A stretch of DNA of 63,004 nt, filler included, from Octopus bimaculoides (lineage: Eukaryota): the NCBI RefSeq assembly GCF_001194135.2. It is 6 parts of 6 records of this genome, joined end to end, with 100 filler letters (N's around TTAATTAATTAA, not from the genome) between each part and the next. Parts side by side here need not be neighbours in the genome. Positions count along the whole stretch, not along the records: positions 30,344 to 55,043 come from NC_068995.1; 5 more parts are not named here. The stretch is one strand, 5' to 3'. How positions within the stretch are numbered: the stretch's first letter is position 1; the number at the start of each line of letters is the position of its first letter. Below the pieces are notes generated by a model that worked only from the letters and a program-made list of their open reading frames with translations, had not been told where the DNA came from and searched no databases. The translations under genes were made by a program, and so were the position numbers. Of this stretch, positions 34,311 through 45,208 are shown one piece after another.

Positions 34311-37300
34311 GAAACTATCTTATTGCATAACGTGTTTCGCAACCACACGGCCATGCAGGATATTGAACGCGTTGTGGAAATGACTTGATCCAAGATTGTT
34401 AAAACTGAAACAACTGCGTCGTGAAAGGAAAAGAACACACCAAACCCACAATTACCCAATTTTTGGTTATTTATGAATATTCAACAACTTATGTGGCTCT
34501 TCTGCACCGTTGTTACTTATACAACGATCTCGGGAGAGTGCGGAGAAACTTTTGGACACTTCACAATACATTGTATTAGTATAAAATAAAGTAAACCAAT
34601 GTAACAATTTTAGAGTTAATAAATAGTTATCCTGATTTTGACTGTCTACGACGTAATTGTTACACAAGTTGCGCGCGCGTGTGTGTGTGTCTGTCCGTCT
34701 GTCTGTGTAGTGGAGTTTTTCAAGGTGTTGTGCAGAAGGATCGAGTTTAGAATCACGTTGATATGAGTGCAAACATCGTAACTACATTTCAATGTCTTTA
34801 CACTTGTATATGTTTAATGCAAGTGCAGCAAAATTGTGATAAGTGAATCCACAAACCAGCGATGCTATAGAATGGTAGCATTTCATTTCCTAGCACAACT
34901 AATGCTTTTAACACGAAATTTAATGTCAAAGAGTCTCAAATCGTGTACAGAGATAATAAATTTATATATGCTTTTTGAAAATGCTGTTCTTAGTAGAACA
35001 TTTTCCGTAGCATTGGGTGCAATTACATTAAACGTGCTGAAGTTCATATCTTTCTTTAACCTCTAAAAGATTGTTAAAATCTTTCAAAATTACGATTAAT
35101 ATTTTTATTCTTTTTTATGAATTGAACTCAATTCATTACTTTCACAATGTTCTGTACCATACACATCCTGCCGCACTGGCCTCTAATCAAAATTATCTAT
35201 TAGCAAAAGCTGTGCATCTATTGAAAGGCAGATTTGGTGGGTTTTAAAGTGTCANNNNNNNNNNNNNNNNNNNNNNNNNNNNNNNNNNNNNNNNNNNNNN
35301 NNNNNNNNNNNNNNNNNNNNNNNNNNNNNNNNNNNNNNNNNNNNNNNNNNNNNNNNNNNNNNNNNNNNNNNNNNNNNNNNNNNNNNNNNNNNNNNNNNNN
35401 NNNNNNNNNNNNNNNNNNNNNNNNNNNNNNNNNNNNNNNNNNNNNNNNNNNNNNNNNNNNNNNNNNNNNNNNNNNNNNNNNNNNNNNNNNNNNNNNNNNN
35501 NNNNNNNNNNNNNNNNNNNNNNNNNNNNAAAACACTTCAAATGGTGAAATAAAATATTTATAGCATTTTTTTATTCAATCAATAAACGTTTAAGGTTACC
35601 ATAGAACTTGAGCAAAATCTAATTCTAAATGGTATTCTTTAACCCTTTTCGGAAAAATGACGTTTACGCTGTCAGTTTGGACATCATTCTATATTTTATG
35701 AGTTTCGTTTTATAGAACACCATTTCAAAATATGATACACTTTTTTTTTCATATTTAAGATATGTTCATTAAACAGAATATTGTTAATTGCTTTATTTAT
35801 GTAACAAAATTGAAGAATGGAATTTATCAAAGACCAAGGGGGAAGTCCTCTAAGGACTATTGTTATAGGGTACTTTTTTGAAGTGATCAAAACAAAGCTT
35901 GCATTGTTTTCATATAAATTGTTTTTGTTTTTGTTCGACACTAGAATTAAAATCATTCATCTTTGATATGAAAGAATCGGTTTCGAATTTCATTACAGCA
36001 ATTTGTGATTATGAAATTTCTGCATCAGTAAAAAATTCGACATAAAAATAGTGGTGGTGAGTTTTATGACTGCATGTCGCGTAGAGATATTTGGGAATTA
36101 ACTGGCGAAAATATTTCGTAATATTGTTATTAGTATCATCTTATTTCGTCAAATAATAATCATAAAGCAAAATATGCGCCTTTGTCGAGGACATTAACTA
36201 GTGCTTTCGTTGAGGACATTAATTCCAGCAAAAGCAGTTTAGCGGCTTTTTTCTTTCTTTTAACATCTCATTCATATCAAACGTAAATTAGAAAGGAAAA
36301 GAAGTAAACAACGTACAATCCCCATTTTTAATGAAATTAAGCTTGGATAAAAATCAAAATGATACCTTGCTCACTGAATTATACTAAAATAGGCAACTAA
36401 ATGGCATAAAATCCATCTTTGTACACATGGTATAAACGTTAATGATAATATACCGGAACTAACGAGAGGAGTATGAAACAAGCTTTAATTTTTCAGCAGT
36501 GAAATTAAAAGAAATGGTTTCTCGCAGAAATAATTTAGCATCCTGTTTTCATGGTAGATTTTTTTTTTTTTTTTAAATTAAAACTCANNNNNNNNNNTTT
36601 TCATGGTAGATTTTTTTTTTTTTTTAAATTAAAACTCACCATGCTTTACGCTTCCCTCGGAAATAATTTTCAATATTTTTACGTGTTAACTTTTCACCAC
36701 AATCGAAACTCTTTACCTTGCAACTCTTATTTTCGAAGGATGCGATATAGTTTCATAGCTAGCTGACTCTATATGTCATTTAAACAATTTTTGCGATTTT
36801 ACTATATAGATAGAGAATTACATAATAAATAAGGTAGAAAGTAATATCTAGCTAAAAAGTAAGGATTTGTTTGAAAGGAATTTTAAAGATATTGCTAGGT
36901 TCTAAATACAACCGATACTATCAGTAGTAACCATTTATATACATCACAAATACACATTATACAGAATTAAAATAACTTAATTATATTTGGGAAACGTACG
37001 TATCGTACTACAAGAAATTCGGCTTTTTTTTTTGTTTTTTGTTAGATTCGGAATACAGCCGATTGTCCTTTGTCACAAAGACATGCATTAGTATTTTCAG
37101 ACACTTGATTATACTCTTTTCTTTCATTCATATTCCTATGATTGTAAATGTGTAATTTTTAAGGTATTATCTAATATCTATAAGCTCAAATCTCGAATCA
37201 CTGACAATATTTGTCATACTCAACGATCGCTAACTATCCATAAAAATCCCAGTGAAGGAATTTTTCTTTTCAGTTGTGCCAACGTTAACAACTACATAGT

Positions 37301-37808
37301 CTACAGTTTACATTAAAAATCTCCGATTCTACATATCTTAAACGCTTGACTTCTTTAGAATACAACTCCACAAATATTTTACCCACTTCATGTATATTTC
37401 ATCGGTCAGGTCACGTTACTATACATGATATTCGATCTATCGACTTATGTGCAACATAAAAAGTTATACACCTATATTCGATATTTGAAACTAGAAATAA
37501 TCCAGGAAATTGAATAACTAATACGCTAAAATTTTTATATAACCAATATTAAAGATTTCTGAGCATGAGTTGGAACTAAAAATAACTGTTGAGAAGGATC
37601 TGTAACCATGTAGCGACCGCCTGCAGGACGTCCATGGTATCATTCATATTACAATACTCTTGCGAATATCATCTTTGTCTTTCTCATTTAAAATTGATAA
37701 TTTAAGTGTATCAAATATTTAAGTGTACAGCATACATTAAACGTCTATTTATCCAGTAATTACAGCTTAAGGGAGAACTTTGATTACATTACATAAATAC
37801 ACACGCAT

Positions 37809-37845
<37 letters not shown>

Positions 37846-38525
37846 TTGGCAGGAGTGGCAACAAAAGAAAGAAAGAGACCTCGATATTATGCAAATATTT
37901 CCCTTTGTTTTCGTCCCTATAACGGTTTTTTTTAATAGAACCTCCGGTAGTTGGATAACTGAAGAGATGACCGGAACGCAACACCGCCCGGGCATCGCAA
38001 ACTCGGAGTTTTATCATGGCTNNNNNNNNNNNNNNNNNNNNNNNNNNNNNNNNNNNNNNNNNNNNNNNNNNNNNNNNNNNNNNNNNNNNNNNNNNNNNNN
38101 NNNNNNNNNNNNNNNNNNNNNNNNNNNNNNNNNNNNNNNNNNNNNNNNNNNNNNNNNNNNNNNNNNNNNNNNNNNNNNNNNNNNNNNNNNNNNNNNNNNN
38201 NNNNNNNNNNNNNNNNNNNNNNNNNNNNNNNNNNNNNNNNNNNNNNNNNNNNNNNNNNNNNNNNNNNNNNNNNNNNNNNNNNNNNNNNNNNNNNNNNNNN
38301 NNNNNNNNNNNNNNNNNNNNNNNNNNNNNNNNNNNNNNNNNNNNNNNNNNNNNNNNNNNNNNNNNNNNNNNNNNNNNNNNNNNNNNNNNNNNNNNNNNNN
38401 NNNNNNNNNNNNNNNNNNNNNNNNNNNNNNNNNNNNNNNNNNNNNNNNNNNNNNNNNNNNNNNNNNNNNNNNNNNNNNNNNNNNNNNNNNNNNNNNNNNN
38501 NNNNNNNNNNNNNNNNNNNNNNNNN

Positions 38526-38560
<35 letters not shown>

Positions 38561-38599
38561 CAATAAAAAATATATCAGAAAAGAATAGAGCAGTAACTA

Positions 38600-40500
38600 T
38601 TACAACAAAAGTTTAAATTTGCGATATAGAGTTAGCAAAGGTTTCGTATCCATAAATCCAAAGCCTTGTAGACAACTCGTCAGACTCTATAAAAGGACAC
38701 AAAAATTTAAACATTCTACGTTGCAGACGTGAGGAATCGCTCAGAAATCGAGATTTAAGTCTTCTTAAGATATAAAAACGTTAATGAGGACGGGTTGTCT
38801 CCTCTTTTCCAGAGGATAACATAACCCTTATAGACCCGAAAAAGCCTAACCATCAAACGGGGAGATCTAATTTTCCATTAGGTAGCGCTTGAAGTGGATA
38901 GATTTAGAAAAAAACATCTTTACAACTATTTAACGCGCCAAGTTCTATATAGCCCTTAAAAATTTTGGCTCTCACCGCTTCGTAGATCTTGCAACGGCCA
39001 CTCCAATTAATATATAGGCCTGGATGATCTATTAATTTCCATCTAATATCACATGGGGTCGCTTGATGTTTGCGGTGCTATACATGGCGGGCCAGCGGCG
39101 TGACAAACCGTCTTTCTGGGATTCTGAAGAATGACTGATGGTTGCAGAAGCGACGTTTGAAAGATGTACTGGCTGATCCAATATATTTACAAACTTAGGA
39201 TGTGGCTATATTCACACTCCTGATATCTCTGATAGGCTCCGGGCCTGGGGATGCTGTTGGTAACACCGTTGCTGATGCAGTCGATATGGCGCAATGATCC
39301 GGTGATGTTATCGCCGTGATTATCACTACTGATTATATGGTTGGCGATGTAGTATGATGCGGAGCCGGTCATCCCATTGGTGTCGATTATAATTGTTTGG
39401 TCATCATCTGTGGTGGTGGTACTGAGATTGGTCATCAACTCTATGTGTGGCGTTTGCACTGGTGGTAACATATGATGCGTGACTGGTCCCTCTATCTGTG
39501 TCTATGACAATGGTTTATTCATCATCTGTGGCTGTGGTACTGGGGTCGTCGGTTACGTCCTATGTGACCTGGTCGCGGATTAGTCATTAGCTCTAGCTGT
39601 GGCAATTGTACTGGCGTGAGATCTGGTTAATCTGCTAATATTGTTGTTGGATATCACATTGTTGGTAATGCGGATAGCAGTTCTAGATGTTTACCGTATC
39701 TTCATAGATTACTCCTTCAGCCTTGCATCAGCCTCCTATTGAACAGTTATTATATACCCGCAAGAACAACCTCCCACTTCCCTTGTATTGCGGGTATTTG
39801 TTAAAATGTTTTTATGTTAGGTGCACAACTAAAGGAGACTCTTAGGTGTTGCCTATTAAATAATTGCCTGTATCTATATGTGTGTGAAATGATTGTATAT
39901 TAATCTAAGGAAAATCCTTCCTACACAAGTCTTGACACTGAGCGAGAAGGGTGGAGCAAACCAAACGACGTTTTTGCGGCGCTTCCTTTTCCATGTGCTA
40001 GGGCCTCAGATATAGGAGATGCGGTCCTTAAACCCACTCGATGTCAGTGCCACATTATGGTAGGGGGCAGTGGCGTCGAAAATATCTTGGCTAGAGGATA
40101 GATTCGTAATGCTTTTGCTTACACCTTTCACTAGGTTCTTGAAAACTACAGGGAGTGGCAGGAGGGTGTCCTAAAACAGGACACACTCTCCTTTGGCTTG
40201 TGACAGGGCCTGTACGTACCAGAGCCTAGATCTAAAGTAACAGCTAAGAAATCTACTAAACCTGCCGCGTTAAATAGTCGTAAAACAACGCTAACTACTG
40301 GTAAATTGGATCTCTCCGCTTGCTGGATCAGCATTTTTGGGTCTATAAGGGTTGTTTTATCTTCTGATTTAGGGGAGACAACCCGTCCTTATTAACGTTT
40401 TTATATGTTAAGATTGAAATCCCGATTTCTGAGCGATTTCTCACGTCCACGGCGTAGAATGTTTGGTTACTCTATAGCCAAAACTTAGATTTTTGTTTAT
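38600..40500 (-). mobile_element. Penelope-like retroelement 2: 5'-truncated in the RT thumb, C-terminal GIY-YIG, with inverted copy of its 3' end
   Basis: Minus strand from about 40262: VDFLAVTLDLGSGTYRPCHKP...HPP..VFKNLVKGVSKSITNLSSSQDIFDATAPYHNVALTSSGFKDRISY...RKRRKNVVWFAPPFSLSVKTCVGRIFLRLI...FNRQHLRVSFSCAPN...CSCG..NNCSIGG*CKAEGVIY...KYIGSASTSFKRRFCNHQSFFR...TPLARHV*...DIRWKLI...LNSCK. About 40263-40500 is the reverse complement of about 38945-38600. Both outer ends lie at or near (TA)n. Confidence 0.9.
38625..38691 (-). ncRNA. Type I hammerhead ribozyme motif in the 3' terminal repeat of PLE 2
   Basis: Minus strand UAUAGAGU CUGACGA GUUGUCUA-caaggcuuuggauuua-UGGAUAC GAAA CCUUUGC UA ACUCUAUA: perfect 8-bp stem I, canonical CUGACGA and GAAA, G-C-closed stem II, UA cleavage site. 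Stem III is minimal with a C/C mismatch next to the A-U pair. Confidence 0.8.
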
Positions 40501-40507
40501 ATATATA

Positions 40508-41669
40508 TTAGGTTGTTCCGAAAATAATCGCCGATTTCAGAAACATAATTTTGTTCTGGAAAAATTAACAATAGAAATGTTTTGATTAGACAAAGTATGA
40601 GACGTGAACATCTCTGCCATCGATCAACGAGATTATATATGCCTCGTTGATAAAAACGTATTGGCTTTGTTACTAAGAAATATTTGAAAGCTGACTCCAC
40701 TTCTGGTTTGGATCTGAAAGTTTTATCACTTAAAAACATGTTTAAATGCTTTAAAACAGGATAGTCAGAGGGTGAAGGATCAGAAGAATATGGAGGATGT
40801 GGTAAAGTCTCGTATCCCAAGTCTGTGAGTTTCTGCAGCGTCATTCTTGCAATATGTGGCTTTGCATTATCGTGGGGCAGAATTGGTCCACGCTGATTCA
40901 CCATTGCAGGTCTCATTTTTTGCAAGGGAGCATGCATTGCAGCGAGCTGATTGCAGTAAACCTCCGCTGTAATGCTTTGATTGGCTTTCAGAAAGCTGTA
41001 ATGGACAACGCTAATTGCAGACCACCAGACAGTCACCATAATCTTTTACTGATGCAACTTTGGATTTGGGAAATGTTTGGGAGACTCATCACGACCAAAC
41101 CATTGACCTGATCGCTTACAGTTATCATAACGGATCTACTTTTGGCTACAAGTGACTATTTATTTGGTCGAGAAAAGGATCATTGGTATTTCGCAGAAAG
41201 AGCATCGAGCACACTTCAAAATGCCAAACTTTTTGATTTTCGTTGAGCTCATGCGGTACCCATTTACTGAGCTTTTTTACCTATCTTTTGCAGATTGTGT
41301 GATACCGTTGCTATGCTGACACCATTTCTCTGAGACATTTCTCTGAGACATTTCTCTGAGACATTTCTCTGACACTTTGACATGGGTTATGTTAAACAAT
41401 CGCTTTCAATTGTTCATTGTCAAGGTTGCATGAATGTCCTCTACCTTCTTCATCTTCAAGGCTCTCATCACCACTGCGGAATTTCAGAAACAAGCTTCGT
41501 ATTGTGCGATCACTTGTGGACCCCTCTCGCCATGCTCAGTTGATATGTGCAGCAATTTGGGAGGCATTGTGCCCAAGCGTGAACATCTAAAATATAATTA
41601 AAATACTATGATAAAATTGCGTTTCTAAACACAACACTTAGAGCGGCCATTATTTTCGGAATAACCTAA
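40508..41669 (-). mobile_element. mariner (DD34D-type) transposon, both TIRs, decayed
   Basis: TA|TTAGGTTGTTCCGAAAATAAT...ATTATTTTCGGAATAACCTAA|TA. Minus ORF MVTVWWS...HDNAKPH...HPPYSSDPSPSDYPVLKHL...GIYNLVDRWQ is the mariner catalytic domain. Confidence 0.93.
41323..41374 (+). repeat. 13-bp tandem repeat x4 (CATTTCTCTGAGA) within the mariner ORF region
   Basis: Direct reading; the last copy has one substitution. Confidence 0.9.
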
Positions 41670-43649
41670 TATATATATAGAAAGACATGTGAATTTGTGT
41701 GGTTGTGCATGCGTGCCTCTCTCTGTGTCGGAGGAGGGTGCGTGCCAGCATCATACACGATCTCTGACACTCACAGTACTAGACCTGTCTTGCAAATCAC
41801 AATAAGTTAAGTTGGCAAACGGACTTAAAACAAATCCTTAGAGCAACGACCAAATCTGCTTATCTTTACCAAATTTCACAAAAAAGGGTAGCAGTTTTGT
41901 GGAAACCCAGTCATCCAAACACAAGCACATATATGTATGTATGTACGTACGTACCAACGTAGCTACGTATGTATGTATATATGTATGTATTGTGTACGTA
42001 CGTATGTACGAACGTATGCATTTAAGTTTGTCCTGTGTATGACACCAAACTGCACCTGGTGATGAGGTTCCAGTTAGGGAGTTCTGGAGTTGTGGGGAGA
42101 GTAGAATCACCCCTTAATTATCATTATTCCCAGGTCCAGTCTGATTCGGATCAATAGCACCTCTGAGAACCTATCTATAGCTTAAATAGTTTTTCCAGGG
42201 AAGGGGGTCGCTTCCGTTGTTCTCGACAAATCTATTGGGAAGGCAGATCTTCTTTATGTATGCTTTCATGCATACACATATGTACACACATGCAGTACCC
42301 GACTTACACTTCAGTTACATTCTTGGGACTTACCGTAAATTAAAATCCCGTAAACATGATAACCACTGTAGATAATTCACAGCAGGACTACAACTTATTT
42401 GCAGTTGCTCTGCCACACCAGCAAGCTTACAGCGTGGATTATATTCTACAATGCTCCTGACAGCCAAAAGATACCTTCCGGAGGACACAGATTGACTTGA
42501 GCGAGAGACTGTTGATTACTTTCTTTTGCTGATGAATTGTTCAATCACTCTGTTGAATCTGGCAAGAAGAATCTATATAATAATCTGCTTGTTCGTTCGC
42601 CCGTTATATTTTAGTTAGTTACAGGGGTGGAGGTGGAGTAAAAGTGAGAGTGAGAGAGAGAGAGAGATGAGAAGGAAGAATGTGAGTAGAGACGTAAGAA
42701 GAGAGGCCAAATGCATCACGTGGTCAGTTGAAGGGAGAGGCGACAAGTGAGAGAAAATGACGGTGAGAGAAAAAGGGAAAGATAAGTGTTAATGACATGC
42801 TGTAGGGTGGGAGGGAAAGCTAAAAAGGAATGGTATGTTTAGGATAAAATGATGGCGAGGTTAACGAAAGGCATATGGAGACAGATGGACAGGGTGGGAC
42901 CGTTATATCAAGAGAGAGAGAGAGATTGTATGCGCGTATGTGTATGTGCATGTGTGTGTGTGTGTGTTGTCAGAGTAGAGATACAGCGACAGCAAGAAAA
43001 AGTAGATACAATCAAACAAGCGAACTTAAACAAAATGAGATTTGTTACTGAAAACTACAGTGATGCTGGTGCTGGTGTGTTGATAATGAAAAGTATTTTT
43101 TATAAGTCTATAATATTATTCTTCTATCTGTTCCTACACACTTTACACTTTAGTTTGTTAGAGAGGAAGAAGAGGTGGAGTGAGAAAGAGGAAGAGGAAA
43201 TGTGAGAGTGAGTGAGAAAACAGATACCCACCTGATGCATTACGGTGTCACTTGTGGTTTGTGCAAGTGAGAGGTGAAGAGGAAGAGACATGAAGCGGAG
43301 AATTTCATGGTTAAAAAGTTTTTAAAAAGGAAGAAAGAAAGAAATATAAAGTGCTTAGCAGAGGAAAATTTTAAAATCATAAAATATATTATTGTGACAG
43401 GAAGTGAAATAACTTAGCAAAATAAAAATGCAAATCATCCTATTTTTTCTTAAACAGCCTCTCTTAATCTTTTTCGTTCTATGGAATCTCCACGGATCCC
43501 ACTAGTAATAATATTAATGCGATAAAATGATATAATGAACGCTGCATATTTACTTTTTTGAAGTGTCTCTGTATTTTAATGTTTACAAGTCAAGACTATT
43601 TGTATAAGTTTGTTATTCTATGATTTCTCAATAATATTAAGAAAGAAAA

Positions 43650-43870
43650 GGGCGGCGAGCTGGCAAAATTGTTAATGCGCCGGACAAAATGCTTAGCGGC
43701 ATTTCGCCCGTCTTCACGTTCTACTGAGGTCGACTTTGCCTTTCAACATTTAGGGGATTGCTAAAATAATTACTAGTTGAGCACCGTGGTCGATGTAATC
43801 GACTAGCTCACTCCCCCATCAAAAAAAAAAAACTGCTGGCCTTGTGCCAAAATTTGAAACCAATAATGCT
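43650..43870 (+). mobile_element. SINE, AAGGCGGCGAGCTGGCAG-head family
   Basis: GGGCGGCGAGCTGGCAAAATTGTTAATGCGCCGGACAAAATGCTTAGCGG...GAGGTCGACTTTGCCTTTC...GGCCTTGTGCCAAAATTTGAAACC. Confidence 0.85.
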
Positions 43871-44529
43871 ATGAAAGGTTACCATGTTCTAGACAAATGA
43901 TGTTAAATTTCAAATATTCAAATCTTTATTTCTTTAAATTAATCAACTGAGTTGTGAGAGACAGTACAGCTGTTAGAAATATCAGTTAAGTCGCCCTGAA
44001 ATTATAACCTACTGCCTTAAGAAAGAGATAATATATGTTTGAAAACAGAATGTAGTTGATGTTTGATGTTAATGACGGGATTGAGGTTTATAATTGAACT
44101 CTTTGATCAGGCATGAACTGAAACTAAACAACAATGGTTACTGTATATTTAGGTTCTTTTTTAAACTCGCTGCTTTTATAGCTTTTCATCTCAGTTGCAA
44201 GCTAAAACTCGTCTTTACCAACAAATGCTGAAACATGTTTTGAAGTTGTAGATTATGATATTATTGATAAAATGTTCCTATTTTGAAATAAAAGAAGTTC
44301 AAACATTTCATACTGTTCATTATCTTGCTTATAATCGTTATAAAAAAATTTCCGAGTTTCTCTTTAACCTCAAACAATACTGATCGAAAGAACCGCGGAG
44401 TTATTCTTCAATTTTCCACATTTCATTCATTTCACATTATCATGTTTGTTGTGCAATGACTGAAAAAGGAAGTTATGACTGAAAAGAAATGGCTTCTTTA
44501 CTTACTGAATCATATGTATGTGTGCGTCT

Positions 44530-44592
<63 letters not shown>

Positions 44593-45208
44593 CGTATGTG
44601 TTTATGTATGTACGTATGTGTTTATGTATGTACGTTTGTATATATGAGGAAGTCAAAACAGTATAATGAAAATAAAATACTTGATAGGACTTTCTCTCTC
44701 TCACCTATTTATATCTGAACAATAGTATTTATTACATTCATTTTTTTCTTTCAGTTTTTAAATGGATTTTACATAAAAAGTGTGTATGCTCTTCTACATG
44801 TATTCAAGTGAAACTGAAAAGTTGGCAACAAAATGCAACAGCAACGATAGAAAAGACCAGTTGGATAGGAGAATAATATATCTAAAATCAAAGGAATGCG
44901 ATATAAATGCATATAAACTTCAATTAAAACAACGTGACTTTGATTCTGTCAGGCAGAACAAGTTGGTCAAGGTCTTCTAAGTGCATTCAACTTGCAACAG
45001 AGAATCCGGAGCATAGGTACAGAAAAGTGGCTCGGCTGTCTCATTTCATAGGTTAATATTGTAAGCATTTATGAATTGCTTCAATCCAGTAAGTGTAGAT
45101 ATCTATACAACTACAGCTTAGTTATGTCATTACAACTATTAACAGTGTTGCGCTATTGTAGCCACCAATAAGTTATTTCGTTTCAGTACAACTAACATTG
45201 TTTATATA

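Noticed and set aside
36547-36650. Direct duplication of about 45 bp around a 10-N gap
   Set aside because: Typical unmerged contig overlap at a poly-T tract, so an assembly artefact.
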